Below, piece after piece: positions 52,914 to 62,882 of a DNA stretch of 64,000 bases. Origin of the DNA: an uncultured delta proteobacterium (GTDB taxonomy: Bacteria > Myxococcota_A > Polyangia > Haliangiales > Haliangiaceae); assembly GCA_963848295.1 (NCBI GenBank), contig CAWKDB010000010.1:3904001-3968000 (forward strand). The letters are read 5' to 3'. Below the pieces are notes generated by a model, which saw only the letters and a program-made list of their open reading frames with translations, was not told the DNA's origin and ran no database searches. The first letter of the stretch is position 1. The number at the start of each line of letters is the position of its first letter. The position numbers were made by a program, and so were the translations under genes.

Positions 52914-54103
52914 ACCGCCTCCAGCAGGATCGCCGGCACGATCGCGTTCGGCAAGACCTCCGTGGTCTCGGCCGCGAGCTCGAGCAGCGCGTTGCAGCCG
53001 ACGAGCGAGGTCAGGATCGCCGAGCCCTGCTTCGGGTGCGGGTGCGCGACGAGGTGCTCGCCGTTGCGCACGACCTTGGCGCGAACGAAGTGGGTGCGCC
53101 CGGCTTGCTTGCGATAGCCGCGCACGACGGTGACGGGCGCGCGAGGCCTCGCGATGACCGCGGCGCCTTGCAACGCCAGTAGCGCCGGCCGCACGAACAG
53201 CTCGAACGCGACGAACGTCGAGACCGGATTGCCCGGCAGGCCGAACACCGGCACCGCGCCGTTGACGCCGAACGAGAACGGCTTGCCCGGCTTCATCGCG
53301 ACCTTCCACAGCTCGAGCTCGACCCCGGCGGCCGCGAGCGCCGCGCGCACGTGATCGCGATCGCCGACCGACACGCCGCCGGTCGTGATCACGACGTCGT
53401 GATCGAACGCGCTCGCGATCATCGCCGCGACCGTCATCGGATCGTCTTTCGCGATGCCGAAGTACGTCGAGGTACCTCCGGCCGCGGTGACCTGCGCGGC
53501 GAGCGCGTGCGCCGACGAATCGACGCTCTGACCCGGGCCGAGCGGTTGCGATGCATCGACCAGCTCGTCGCCGGTCGCGATCAGCGCGACTCGAGGCGCG
53601 CGAAACACCGGCACCTCACCGATCCCGAGCGCGGCGAGCAGGCCGAGCTCGCCTGCGCCGAGCCGGACCCCCGCGGTCACGGCGACCTCGCCGATCGCGA
53701 TATCCTCGCCGGCGCGTCGCACGTTGTCGCCGACCGGCGATTCGGGCAGCACGACCGCGTTCGCCAGCTCGTCGAGGTTGACGTCCTCCTGCATGACCAC
53801 GGTGTCGAGCTCGGACGGTAGCGCCGCACCGGTCATGATCCGCACCGCGGATCGCTCGGGGATCGGCCCGGTATGAGGCGAGCCGGCGAAGATCCGCGCG
53901 ACGATCGGCAGCGTCGCCGGCAGCTCGGCCGAGCGCGCGGCGTAGCCATCCATCGCCGAGTTGTCGAACCCGGGCAGCGCGCGCGGAGCGACCATGTCCT
54001 CGGCGAGCACTCGGCCGGCGGCCTCACGCAGCGGTATGCGCTGCACCGCCAGTGGCACGAGCCGCGCGGCGATCGCTGCGCTCGCTTCATCGACCGAAAC
54101 CAT
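52910..54103 (-). CDS. moeA: Molybdopterin molybdotransferase
   Basis: FDNSAMDGYA, IMTGA, ATGDEL, TTGGVSVGDRD, MKPGKP, LPGNPVS. Confidence 0.95.
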   Translation of the reverse strand: MVSVDEASAAIAARLVPLAVQRIPLREAAGRVLAEDMVAPRALPGFDNSAMDGYAARSAELPATLPIVARIFAGSPHTGPIPERSAVRIMTGAALPSELDTVVMQEDVNLDELANAVVLPESPVGDNVRRAGEDIAIGEVAVTAGVRLGAGELGLLAALGIGEVPVFRAPRVALIATGDELVDASQPLGPGQSVDSSAHALAAQVTAAGGTSTYFGIAKDDPMTVAAMIASAFDHDVVITTGGVSVGDRDHVRAALAAAGVELELWKVAMKPGKPFSFGVNGAVPVFGLPGNPVSTFVAFELFVRPALLALQGAAVIARPRAPVTVVRGYRKQAGRTHFVRAKVVRNGEHLVAHPHPKQGSAILTSLVGCNALLELAAETTEVLPNAIVPAILLEAV

Positions 54104-54120
54104 CGTGCGAGCTTCTTACC

Positions 54121-55467
54121 TCAGATCTCGAGGTGCAAGCGCAGCGAGCCGACCACGACCGGGCCGCGATCGACGTTGTAGCCGGGGTGATCGATGACCT
54201 GGACGTCGGCCGCCGGCGAGACCCCGCGCCATACGTGCACGGTGTAGTAGACCTCGGCGATGTCTTCGCGGCCGTAGTGCAACTCGCCGTCCCCGAGCAA
54301 GAACCCCTTGCCACCGAGCTCGAGATACGTGCGATGCGGCACCGAGATACCGTTCGAGACGACCGCGACGCCGATCTTGTCGCGCGGTCGGGACCACGCG
54401 GTGCCGGCGAGATCGAAGCCGACGAGCGCGGTGTTGTCGACCTCGGTATACGCGAACGATTCGGTCGCGCCGTCGTTCCAGCCGAGCCGCATGAAGCCGC
54501 GCAGCGAGTTGCCGATCTGCTGCTCGGCGTTTAGCCCGAACCCGTACTTGATGCGATTCTTCGCCCGCGTCGCGGTGATGTCGAGCGCATCGATGATGCC
54601 CTGGTTGAATTCGGCGATCGTGTCGTCGTAGTTGCCCATCTGCGCGTGGTTGAGGTACGCGAGGACGCGCACGACGCCGGGGTTGCCGAGGACGCAGCCG
54701 CGGACCACGCCCTCGAGGTTCTCGCCGCGCGCGTTCGCGACGTCGTAGTCGTAGTGGATGCCGTTCGCGATCGTCGGCATCAACGCCTCGCCGAGCCGGA
54801 TCGCGAACCGAGGCTCGATGTACTGGATCACCGCGCCGAGCGTGTAGCCGCGCGTATCGGCGGCGTAGTCCCAGGCGCCGTTGTTGTCGACGGTCCAGTT
54901 CATGAACTGGAGGTGGCTATCGGTGCCGGCGCCGTTGAGGTCGAAGTAGTCCGGCATCCCGATCTTGCCCACGATGATCTCGATCCGGCGCTTCGCGACC
55001 CTCGCAAAAGGGCGCAGCGGGCCGCGACCGGCGTCGACCTTGTCGTCGGACAACGGGATGACCTGATCGATAAACGCCCGCCCGATGTACGGGTTCGGTC
55101 CGAGCGCTGGGTTGCGCACGACGTCGAGATCGGTGAAGCCGGCGATGCCGAGCGCGGACGATAGGCCCGTGCCGCTCGCCGATTCCGGCGACAACACGAG
55201 CGCGGTCGTCGAGGTCAGCGCGTAGCCGGCGTACACCGTCTCGACGAACGACGTCTCCTCGTGGTCGTCCGGCCGAAAGCTGTTGCTGCCCTCGTACGGC
55301 GAATGAAACCCGGGTTGCGCCTGCGTGATCGTGTTGACCTGCGCGGACAACCACCACGACGCCACCGCATGGGGTGCGAGATAGGTGTCGCGATCCACCT
55401 CACCATCGTCCGCCGCGGAGATCGCAGGTGCGCTCATGATGGCTAGCGCGAACAGGTACCGCGGCAT
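54121..55467 (-). CDS. Carbohydrate-selective porin (OprB-like)
   Basis: FMNW...GAWDYAADTRGYT, GFLLGDG.L.Y, PGYN.DRGPV, beta-barrel C-terminus. Confidence 0.8.
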   Translation of the reverse strand: MPRYLFALAIMSAPAISAADDGEVDRDTYLAPHAVASWWLSAQVNTITQAQPGFHSPYEGSNSFRPDDHEETSFVETVYAGYALTSTTALVLSPESASGTGLSSALGIAGFTDLDVVRNPALGPNPYIGRAFIDQVIPLSDDKVDAGRGPLRPFARVAKRRIEIIVGKIGMPDYFDLNGAGTDSHLQFMNWTVDNNGAWDYAADTRGYTLGAVIQYIEPRFAIRLGEALMPTIANGIHYDYDVANARGENLEGVVRGCVLGNPGVVRVLAYLNHAQMGNYDDTIAEFNQGIIDALDITATRAKNRIKYGFGLNAEQQIGNSLRGFMRLGWNDGATESFAYTEVDNTALVGFDLAGTAWSRPRDKIGVAVVSNGISVPHRTYLELGGKGFLLGDGELHYGREDIAEVYYTVHVWRGVSPAADVQVIDHPGYNVDRGPVVVGSLRLHLEI

Positions 55468-55539
55468 GAACCCTGATTGTTCACTCACCGCGTGGCCGGC
55501 GGCAACAAACCGCGCGCGCTACGGCGTAGGCTACTCGCG

Positions 55540-58350
55540 ATGACGGGATCTACCTCGCGGATGTTGATCGTCGCGCTCGCTGTGGCCGCCGGCTGCTGCC
55601 CAGAGCCACCGAAACCGAAGACGGTCGCGACGGCGAAGCCGGCCACGATCGATCTGGCCACGCCTCAGGAGGTCCACCTCAAGAACCTGCGCCAGTTGAC
55701 GTTCGGCGCTGACAACGCGGAGGCGTACTGGGCGTTCGGCGGCGACAAGTTGATCATGCAGACCAACCACAAGCCGTACAAGTGCGATCAGATCGAGGAG
55801 ATGCCGTTGTCCGGGGCACCGGGCACGCTGGTGTCGGACGGCAAGGGTCGCGACACGTGCTCGTACTTCTTGAAGGGCGACCAGGAGATCATCTACTCGT
55901 CGACCGAAGCGACGTCACCCGACTGCCCGACGCCGCCCGACATGTCGAAGGGCTACAACTGGGGCCTGTTCGAGTACGACATCTATCGCGCGAACGCGGA
56001 TGGCTCGAACAAGCGCTTGTTGATCGGCGGCCCCGGCTATGACGCGGAAGCGACGGTGTGCCCGGTCGACGGCTCGATCATCTTCACGTCCGAGCGCGGC
56101 GGCGATCTCGATCTATGGCGCGCGGATGCCGACGGTAAGAACCTGCGCCAGATCACCAACCTACCGGGCTACGACGGCGGCGCGTTCTTCTCCGCCGACT
56201 GCACGAAGATCGTGTGGCGCGCGTCGCGGCCCGAAGGCGAGGACCTCGTCAAGTACAAGGCGTTGCTCGCGCAGCACCTCGTGCGGCCGACGAAGATGGA
56301 CCTGTGGGTCGCGAACGCCGATGGCACCGAGGCGCGCCAGATCACGTATCTGCCGGGCGCTTCGTTCGGGCCGTACTTCTACCCGAGCGGCAAGCGCGTG
56401 ATCTTCGCCTCGAACTACTTGCAGCCGACCGGGCCGGAGTTCGACCTGTTCGCGATCGACATCGACGGCACGCACCTCGAGCGCCTGACGTACGCCGGCG
56501 GCTTCGACGGCTTCCCGGTGTTCTCGCCCGACGGCACGAAGCTGTCGTTCTCGTCGAACCGGCGATTCGGCGTGACGAAGAAGCCGGATGGCACCGAGGT
56601 GTACGCGGCGACGGGTGGCGTCGCCGGGATCCACGACACGAACGTGTTTCTCGCCGATTGGTCGGCGGAGCGCGGTCCCGAGCAGCCCGAGACCGCGGTG
56701 GCGAACCGCTATGCGGACGACGTGAAGTATCTCGCCGACGATGCGCGCGAGGGTCGCGGCATCGGCACCCAAGGGCTCGCGGACGCCGCGGACTACGTCC
56801 AGAGACAGCTCGAGTCGGTCGGCGTGCAGGTCACGCGGCAGACGTTCGAGGTCACGACCTCGATCGAGCGCGGCGAGAACACGGTCGTCGCGATCGATCG
56901 CAAGCCGCTCGCCGACTCCGGGTTCGCGCCGATGGGGTTCTCGGCGAACGGCAAGGTCGAAGCGCAAGTCGTCGCGGCGGGGTGGGGCATCGTCGATGCG
57001 GACAGCAAGCTCGACGACTACAAAGGCAAGAACGTCAAAGGCAAGATCGCGCTCGTCCATCGCTTCGCGCCACAAGCCGATCAGAAGAGCAAAGAGCAAG
57101 ATCCGAAGATGGCGCGGCTCGGCGACCTGCGGTGGAAGGCGATGATCGCGCGCCAGCACGGCGCGGTCGGTCTGCTCGTCGTCGATGACGGTGATCTCAA
57201 GCAAGACGAAGCTCCGTTGCCTATTCTCGGTCCGGACGACGTGATCGGTGGCGGCGCCGATGTCGGTCTGCCGGTCGTCGTGCTGACTCGCGATGCGGCG
57301 AAGGTGCTCGCGCGGGGCACGCACAGGGCGAAGCTCGAGGTCGCGCTCGAACCGCGTCGCGCTCCGACCGATAACGTCATCGGCGTGATCCACGCCGGCG
57401 CGGCGACGAAGCAACCCGGCGTCGTCGTGATCGGTGCGCACCTCGACCACCTCGGGATGGGCGGCGGCTCGAACGCGCTCGACCCGAAAGTCCATGCCGT
57501 CCACAACGGCGCCGATGACAACGCCTCGGGCGTCGCGGCGCTGCTCGAGGTCGCGCGGACGTTGTCGGGCAAGGCCGGTCAGCTCCAGCGCGACGTCTAC
57601 TTCGTCGCGTTCTCCGGCGAAGAGGAGGGCGATCTCGGCTCGAGCTACTTCGTCAAGCACCCGCCGACTGCCGATCCTATCGTCGCGATGATCAACATGG
57701 ATATGGTCGGCCGGATGCGTAACAACCAGCTCGCGGTCAACGGCGGCGACTCGGCGAAGGAGTGGCGCGAGCTCGTCCAGCCCGCCTGCGATGCCGCGCG
57801 CGTACACTGCACGATCGGCGGCTCGGGCTACGGTCCGAGCGATCACATGGCGTTCTATGTCACCGGCGTTCCAGTGCTGTTCCTGTTCACCGGCAGCCAC
57901 CTCGACTATCACACCGCGACCGACGACTCCGACAAGATCAACGCCGCGGGCGGGGCACGCGTCGCGATGATCGCCGCGGACGTCGCGTTCAGCGTCGCGA
58001 ATCGCTCGGGCACGCTGACCTACGTCAAGGCGCCACCCGAGATGACGGGCGGCGACGTGCGGCGGCGCGGCGGCTCACTCGGCACCGTGCCATCGTATGA
58101 CGAAGATCCGAATCAGCCGCCGGGGGTCCAGCTCTCCGATGTCATCCCCGATGGCCCGGCGGCGAAGGCCGGACTCAAAGGCGGCGATCGCATCATCAAG
58201 GTGGGCACGATCGAGATTCGCAACATCAACGATCTGATGTTCGTGCTCGAGGCCGCGAAACCGGGCACCGTGACGTCGATCACCTACGTTCGAGCCGGCA
58301 AGACCGAGACCGCAACGGCGACGTTCGGCCAGCCGCGCGGCAAGCGTTAG
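55540..58350 (+). CDS. TolB-like (PD40) propeller fused to M28 peptidase with PA and PDZ domains
   Basis: NAEAY, GYDAEAT, YDGGAFFS; GAHLDHLG, NGADDNASG, FSGEE, NMDMVG, SDH, DYH; PDZ GPAAKAGL. Confidence 0.88.
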   Translation: MTGSTSRMLIVALAVAAGCCPEPPKPKTVATAKPATIDLATPQEVHLKNLRQLTFGADNAEAYWAFGGDKLIMQTNHKPYKCDQIEEMPLSGAPGTLVSDGKGRDTCSYFLKGDQEIIYSSTEATSPDCPTPPDMSKGYNWGLFEYDIYRANADGSNKRLLIGGPGYDAEATVCPVDGSIIFTSERGGDLDLWRADADGKNLRQITNLPGYDGGAFFSADCTKIVWRASRPEGEDLVKYKALLAQHLVRPTKMDLWVANADGTEARQITYLPGASFGPYFYPSGKRVIFASNYLQPTGPEFDLFAIDIDGTHLERLTYAGGFDGFPVFSPDGTKLSFSSNRRFGVTKKPDGTEVYAATGGVAGIHDTNVFLADWSAERGPEQPETAVANRYADDVKYLADDAREGRGIGTQGLADAADYVQRQLESVGVQVTRQTFEVTTSIERGENTVVAIDRKPLADSGFAPMGFSANGKVEAQVVAAGWGIVDADSKLDDYKGKNVKGKIALVHRFAPQADQKSKEQDPKMARLGDLRWKAMIARQHGAVGLLVVDDGDLKQDEAPLPILGPDDVIGGGADVGLPVVVLTRDAAKVLARGTHRAKLEVALEPRRAPTDNVIGVIHAGAATKQPGVVVIGAHLDHLGMGGGSNALDPKVHAVHNGADDNASGVAALLEVARTLSGKAGQLQRDVYFVAFSGEEEGDLGSSYFVKHPPTADPIVAMINMDMVGRMRNNQLAVNGGDSAKEWRELVQPACDAARVHCTIGGSGYGPSDHMAFYVTGVPVLFLFTGSHLDYHTATDDSDKINAAGGARVAMIAADVAFSVANRSGTLTYVKAPPEMTGGDVRRRGGSLGTVPSYDEDPNQPPGVQLSDVIPDGPAAKAGLKGGDRIIKVGTIEIRNINDLMFVLEAAKPGTVTSITYVRAGKTETATATFGQPRGKR

Positions 58351-58352
58351 CG

Positions 58353-58823
58353 ATGGCGAAGAAGTCGACCGTGGTCGCGCTCGTAGCGGTGGGCATCCTC
58401 GTGGCCGCTGGCGGCATCGTCGCGTTCGTGCTCGCGATCAAAGGCGCGATCACCAACGAGGTGCACGGCACGGTGACCGCGCACGGCAAACAGGTCGGCA
58501 ATTGGACGATGACGCCCGATGTCTGTGTGTCCGGCGAGCGCAACCAGTTTCACGGCGCGCAGTTCTTCGTCGACGGCAATGACGTGCTCGGCATCTCGTT
58601 CATCCAGCCGATCGGCCAAGACCCGGCGCTCACGGTCAACCTGCCGGGGAAGCATCAGGCGGCGCGGTTCGGACCGGCCGACTGCAAGACACTGTCAGGC
58701 CACGTCGAGCGCCAGAACAGCATGGTCAACCGGATCACGAATGTTCGCGGGTCGGTAACGTTCGATTGCGGGGCGGCGGACGACCGGGTCTCGGGCGAGC
58801 TGACGTTCTCGAACTGCCACTGA
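58353..58823 (+). CDS. Hypothetical membrane-anchored protein
   Basis: N-terminal TM helix; begins 2 nt after upstream stop. Confidence 0.65.
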   Translation: MAKKSTVVALVAVGILVAAGGIVAFVLAIKGAITNEVHGTVTAHGKQVGNWTMTPDVCVSGERNQFHGAQFFVDGNDVLGISFIQPIGQDPALTVNLPGKHQAARFGPADCKTLSGHVERQNSMVNRITNVRGSVTFDCGAADDRVSGELTFSNCH

Positions 58824-58860
58824 GCGCCCACTGTCAGGACGATCTGGTAGATCCGTTACG

Positions 58861-59538
58861 TTGCGCGAAGACCTACAGCGATTTCTCGCGAACGCACGGG
58901 GCACCGGCGCGGCGTCGGTCCGCACGCTCGACGAGCTCCGCGCACCCGAGCAACTCGAAGCGCGGTGGGGGCTCGCGGCGTTGCGCGGCCGCTTGGTCGA
59001 GCTCTCGGCGCGCGGCGCGGTGGCAACGCTGACTGCAGCGATCGAGCTCGTCGTCGAAGCGCAAACCGAGAGCGAGCCGGTCGCGTGGATCACGCTCGCC
59101 GCCGGCACGTTCTATCCACCTGATGTCGCCGATAGCGGCGTCGATCTCGCAGCGCTCGTGGTTGTCCGGGTTCCGGACGCTGCCGCCGCGGCGCGGTCGG
59201 CCGAGAAGCTGCTGCGCTCCGGCGCGTTCGGCATGGTCGCGATCGATCTCGGTGGCTCGCCGCGCGCCGATGGTCGGGGCGGTTACAACGATATCTCGAT
59301 GGCGATGCAAGGTCGGCTCGTGACGCTCGCGCAAGCTCACGACGCTGCGGTCGTGTGCATCACGCAGAAATCCGATGACGCTGCGTCGCTCGGATCGCTC
59401 GTGTCGCTGCGCGCCGAAGCGCTGCGCATTCGCGGCCCTGCGAGCTTCTCGATCACCGTGCGCGCGCTCAAAGACAAGCGGCGCGGGCCGGGTTGGACTC
59501 ACAGCGCGAAGCGCAACGGCCCGGCCGGTTTGCTGTAG
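58861..59538 (+). CDS. ImuA-like (degenerate RecA-fold) protein
   Basis: GRLVELS with degenerate Walker A, FYPPD...GVDL, LLRSGAFG.V.IDL, SLGSLVSLR, KDKRRGPG; start uncertain. Confidence 0.75.
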   Translation: MREDLQRFLANARGTGAASVRTLDELRAPEQLEARWGLAALRGRLVELSARGAVATLTAAIELVVEAQTESEPVAWITLAAGTFYPPDVADSGVDLAALVVVRVPDAAAAARSAEKLLRSGAFGMVAIDLGGSPRADGRGGYNDISMAMQGRLVTLAQAHDAAVVCITQKSDDAASLGSLVSLRAEALRIRGPASFSITVRALKDKRRGPGWTHSAKRNGPAGLL

Positions 59539-59637
59539 AGATCAGCGCATCTAGCTCCCCGCGTGGTCGCCGGAATCAACGCGAGACCGAGTTGTTCTCG
59601 TCACGACGGTTGCGCTGACAGAGGCAACGCATAGGAT

Positions 59638-61122
59638 GTGGGCCGGATGAGCTCGCTGCTTTCCGCTCCTCAGCAGCTACGCCTGGAATTTCCTGGCGTA
59701 ACGACGCGTGCACAGAAGAGTGCGCTCGGTCAGTTCATGACGCCTGTGCCGGTCGCACGGTTCATGTCCTCGCTCTTTCGTCCGAACAAAGGTTCTTGCC
59801 GCGTGCTCGAACCAGGAGCCGGGTTTGGTGCACTTGCGAAGGCGATGTTGGAACGCTGGGCGCGTGGCGAGTTGGGGCGTGGACGCATCGAGCTAGTGGC
59901 TCACGAAGTGGACGATCGGCTACTCCCTATTCTGGAGAATGTCCTCGCGCCGTTCGCACATGCCGGCGCACGAGTTCGGATCGTGGCAGGCGACTACCTC
60001 GCCCACGCTGCCGATGCGGTCGAGGTTGGTGCACCAACGTTCACGCACGCAATCCTCAATCCGCCATATAAGAAGATCGGCTCGTCGTCCGATGCGCGAC
60101 ATACATGTCGGCGCGTTGGGTTGGAGACCGTCAACCTCTACTCGGCCTTCGTGGGCCTCGCGCTGAGTCAGCTCGCCCCGAGAGGACAGCTCGTTGCGAT
60201 CGTCCCGCGTAGCTTCTGCAATGGCCCGTACTACAAACCGTTCCGCCACTTCGTGTTAACGCGAGCTGCGATCCATCAGATCCATTTGTTTGACAGCCGA
60301 GACAAGGCGTTCAGCGACGACGACGTCTTGCAGGAGAACGTCATCATTCTGCTCGAACGCGGTGGCGTACAGGGCAGCGTTCGGATCTCGACATCGACCG
60401 ACGGCCTGTTCTCGGACCTGCGCGAACGCGTCGTTCCGTTTAGCGACGTGATCAAGCCGGACGACACCGATGCGTTCATACACATCCCGGCGACCGACGA
60501 CATCGATCATCTAGGGACCGCGAGCAAGATCCAGCACGGTCTGGAGGATCTCGGCATCGCCGTGTCGACCGGACCTGTCGTTGATTTTCGAATGCGCGAG
60601 CACTTGGTGGCGATGCCGCGAAAGGGCACCGTGCCGTTGCTCTATCCCGCTCATGTCTCGGGTCGAGACACCACATGGCCGATTGAAGGACTCAAGAAAG
60701 CGAACGCCATCGCACGCAATGAGGTGACCGAGCGTTGGCTGTTTCCGCCTGGTGCGTACACCGTCGTGCGCCGCTTCTCGTCCAAGGAAGAACGGCGTCG
60801 CGTCGTCGCTTCGATCGTGCTCCCTGACGCGCTCGCACAGTGCAAGGCGATCGGCTTCGAGAATCATCTTAACGTCTTTCACCAGAACAAGAGCGGCCTA
60901 CCAGTTCATCTGGCGTGGGGACTGCTCGCGTACCTGAACTGCTCGGCGGTAGACGCTCACTTCAGGCGGTTCAATGGTCATACGCAGGTCAACGCGACCG
61001 ATCTGCGTGCCCTCCGGTACCCGAACCTCGACGCACTGACCGCTCTCGGGAAGTGGGCCGCATCTGCCAAGTCGCTCGAACAAAGCGACATCGACCGCCA
61101 GATGACGAGCCTATTAAGGTGA
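59638..61122 (+). CDS. N6-adenine DNA methyltransferase, BsuBI/PstI-type
   Basis: LGQFMTP, LEPGAGFG motif I, ILNPPY motif IV, FNGHTQVNATDL. Confidence 0.88.
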   Translation: MGRMSSLLSAPQQLRLEFPGVTTRAQKSALGQFMTPVPVARFMSSLFRPNKGSCRVLEPGAGFGALAKAMLERWARGELGRGRIELVAHEVDDRLLPILENVLAPFAHAGARVRIVAGDYLAHAADAVEVGAPTFTHAILNPPYKKIGSSSDARHTCRRVGLETVNLYSAFVGLALSQLAPRGQLVAIVPRSFCNGPYYKPFRHFVLTRAAIHQIHLFDSRDKAFSDDDVLQENVIILLERGGVQGSVRISTSTDGLFSDLRERVVPFSDVIKPDDTDAFIHIPATDDIDHLGTASKIQHGLEDLGIAVSTGPVVDFRMREHLVAMPRKGTVPLLYPAHVSGRDTTWPIEGLKKANAIARNEVTERWLFPPGAYTVVRRFSSKEERRRVVASIVLPDALAQCKAIGFENHLNVFHQNKSGLPVHLAWGLLAYLNCSAVDAHFRRFNGHTQVNATDLRALRYPNLDALTALGKWAASAKSLEQSDIDRQMTSLLR

Positions 61123-62075
61123 GTACTCGTGCCGACGAGGCGATGGAGATCCTCGTCGCGTTGGGGTTGCCACGCGCGCAGCTCAACGAGCGTTCGGCGC
61201 TTTGCCTCTTGGCACTCGCGGACATCAAGCCCCGCACGCGTTGGGCGAAGGCGTCGAATCCGCTGATGGGGATAACGCCGATCATGGACTGGATCCGCGA
61301 GCACTACGGCAAGGACTACAAGCCGAACACCCGCGAGACCATCCGTCGCAAGACGATGCACCAGTTTGTCGCGGCAGGCCTGGTGATCTACAACCCGGAC
61401 GATCCAACGCGCGCGGTGAACAGTCCAAAGGCCGTCTATCAGGCGGAACCCACGACGCTCGAGCTCCTGCGACAGTTTGGAGCTCGTTCGTGGACGAAGA
61501 GTCTTCACGACTACACTCGGAACAGACCGTCATTGAGCGAGGTGTACGCGAAGCGGCGCAGCCTGAATCAAATCCCGATTCGACTGGAAGATGGCGCCAC
61601 GATCAAGCTCACTCCGGGTGCTCATAGCGCGTTGATCAAGACGATCATCAACCAGTTCGCGCCGCGTTTCGCGCCGGGATCTGAGCTTATCTACGCTGGA
61701 GACACCGGGAAGAAGTGGGGCTACTTCGACGAAGCCAAGCTGAAGTCGTTGGGGGTTAACGTCGATAGTCACGGCAAGATGCCCGACGTCGTGCTGTTCG
61801 ATCGTAAGCGCGGATGGCTGTTGCTTGTCGAAGCCGTCACGAGTCATGGACCGGTCGACGGAAAACGGCACGAAGAGTTGGCCTCATTATTCAGCGCAGC
61901 GACCGCCGGACTCGTCTACGTGACGGCGTTCCCTTCGCGCTCGGTTATGGCGAAGTACCTGACCGAGATCGCCTGGGAGACCGAGGTGTGGACCTGCGAG
62001 GCGCCGGACCATCTGATCCACTTCAACGGTGAGCGGTTCCTCGGCCCATATAGGGCATCGCAGCGAAGCACCTAG
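61119..62075 (+). CDS. BsuBI/PstI family type II restriction endonuclease
   Basis: NERSALCLLAL, Y.PNTRETIR, HGKMPDVV, EAVTSHGP, IAWETEVW; GTGA overlap with MTase. Confidence 0.9.
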   Translation: MSTRADEAMEILVALGLPRAQLNERSALCLLALADIKPRTRWAKASNPLMGITPIMDWIREHYGKDYKPNTRETIRRKTMHQFVAAGLVIYNPDDPTRAVNSPKAVYQAEPTTLELLRQFGARSWTKSLHDYTRNRPSLSEVYAKRRSLNQIPIRLEDGATIKLTPGAHSALIKTIINQFAPRFAPGSELIYAGDTGKKWGYFDEAKLKSLGVNVDSHGKMPDVVLFDRKRGWLLLVEAVTSHGPVDGKRHEELASLFSAATAGLVYVTAFPSRSVMAKYLTEIAWETEVWTCEAPDHLIHFNGERFLGPYRASQRST

Positions 62076-62084
62076 CTTCGTCGC

Positions 62085-62867
62085 CTAGCGCGGCGGCGTC
62101 GTGAACGGCGGCTGGCTCTCGATCACCGCGACGTCTTCGGCTGCAAAGTAGCGCGCGGTGAGATCGTGCAGGAACTGCCGCGTGTAGACCTCGGCGCGCG
62201 GCGTCTCGACGAGGTTCGCGATCACGTCGGCGACCTCTTCGACCGGCTGCGCGTTCTGAATCCGCCGCGAATCGACCCCGCCGTACAGCGCGTTCGCGCC
62301 GAAGTCGGTCGCGACGACGCCGGGGATCACGGTCGAGCAATGGATGTCGGGATACTCGGCGCGCAGCTCGAGTCGCAGGCTCGCCATCAGCAAGTTGACC
62401 GCGGCTTTCGATGCGCTGTACGCGCTGCGGAACGCCGCGAGCGGCAATCGGCTAAGCCCCGATGACACGGCGATGATGTGGCCGCGCTTGCGCTCGCGAA
62501 AGTGCGCGAGCGACGACTGGATCGAGTACAGCACCGACTTGAGGTTGACGGTCATCATGTCGTCGAGGTCGGCGTCGGTGAGCTGACTGACCGGCCGCGA
62601 GATGCCGCGCCCGGCGTTGGCGACCCACACGTCGATGTGACCGAACTTCGCGATCGCGCGATCGCGCAGCTCGTCGTGGTCGGAGCGCTTCGTGACATCG
62701 GTGACGACCGCGAACGCGTTGCCACCGAGCTTGCCGACCAGCGCATCGAGCTCGGGCTTGCGGCGCGCCGCGACCACGACCTTCGCTCCCCGCGCGACGG
62801 CGGTCGTGGCGAGCGCGGCACCGATGCCCGCCGAGCCACCGGTGATGACGATGACCATGTCTTTCAT
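62085..62867 (-). CDS. SDR family oxidoreductase
   Basis: TGGSAGIG, ANAG, YSASK. Confidence 0.92.
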   Translation of the reverse strand: MKDMVIVITGGSAGIGAALATTAVARGAKVVVAARRKPELDALVGKLGGNAFAVVTDVTKRSDHDELRDRAIAKFGHIDVWVANAGRGISRPVSQLTDADLDDMMTVNLKSVLYSIQSSLAHFRERKRGHIIAVSSGLSRLPLAAFRSAYSASKAAVNLLMASLRLELRAEYPDIHCSTVIPGVVATDFGANALYGGVDSRRIQNAQPVEEVADVIANLVETPRAEVYTRQFLHDLTARYFAAEDVAVIESQPPFTTPPR

Positions 62868-62882
62868 GCGCGCAAGATACGC

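Noticed and set aside
58824..58860. LexA box upstream of the imuA-like gene
   Set aside because: No convincing match to a LexA consensus I can recognise.
59552..62077. CTAGCT on both sides of the RM pair as a target duplication
   Set aside because: Only 6 bp, overlapping a stop codon; chance cannot be excluded.
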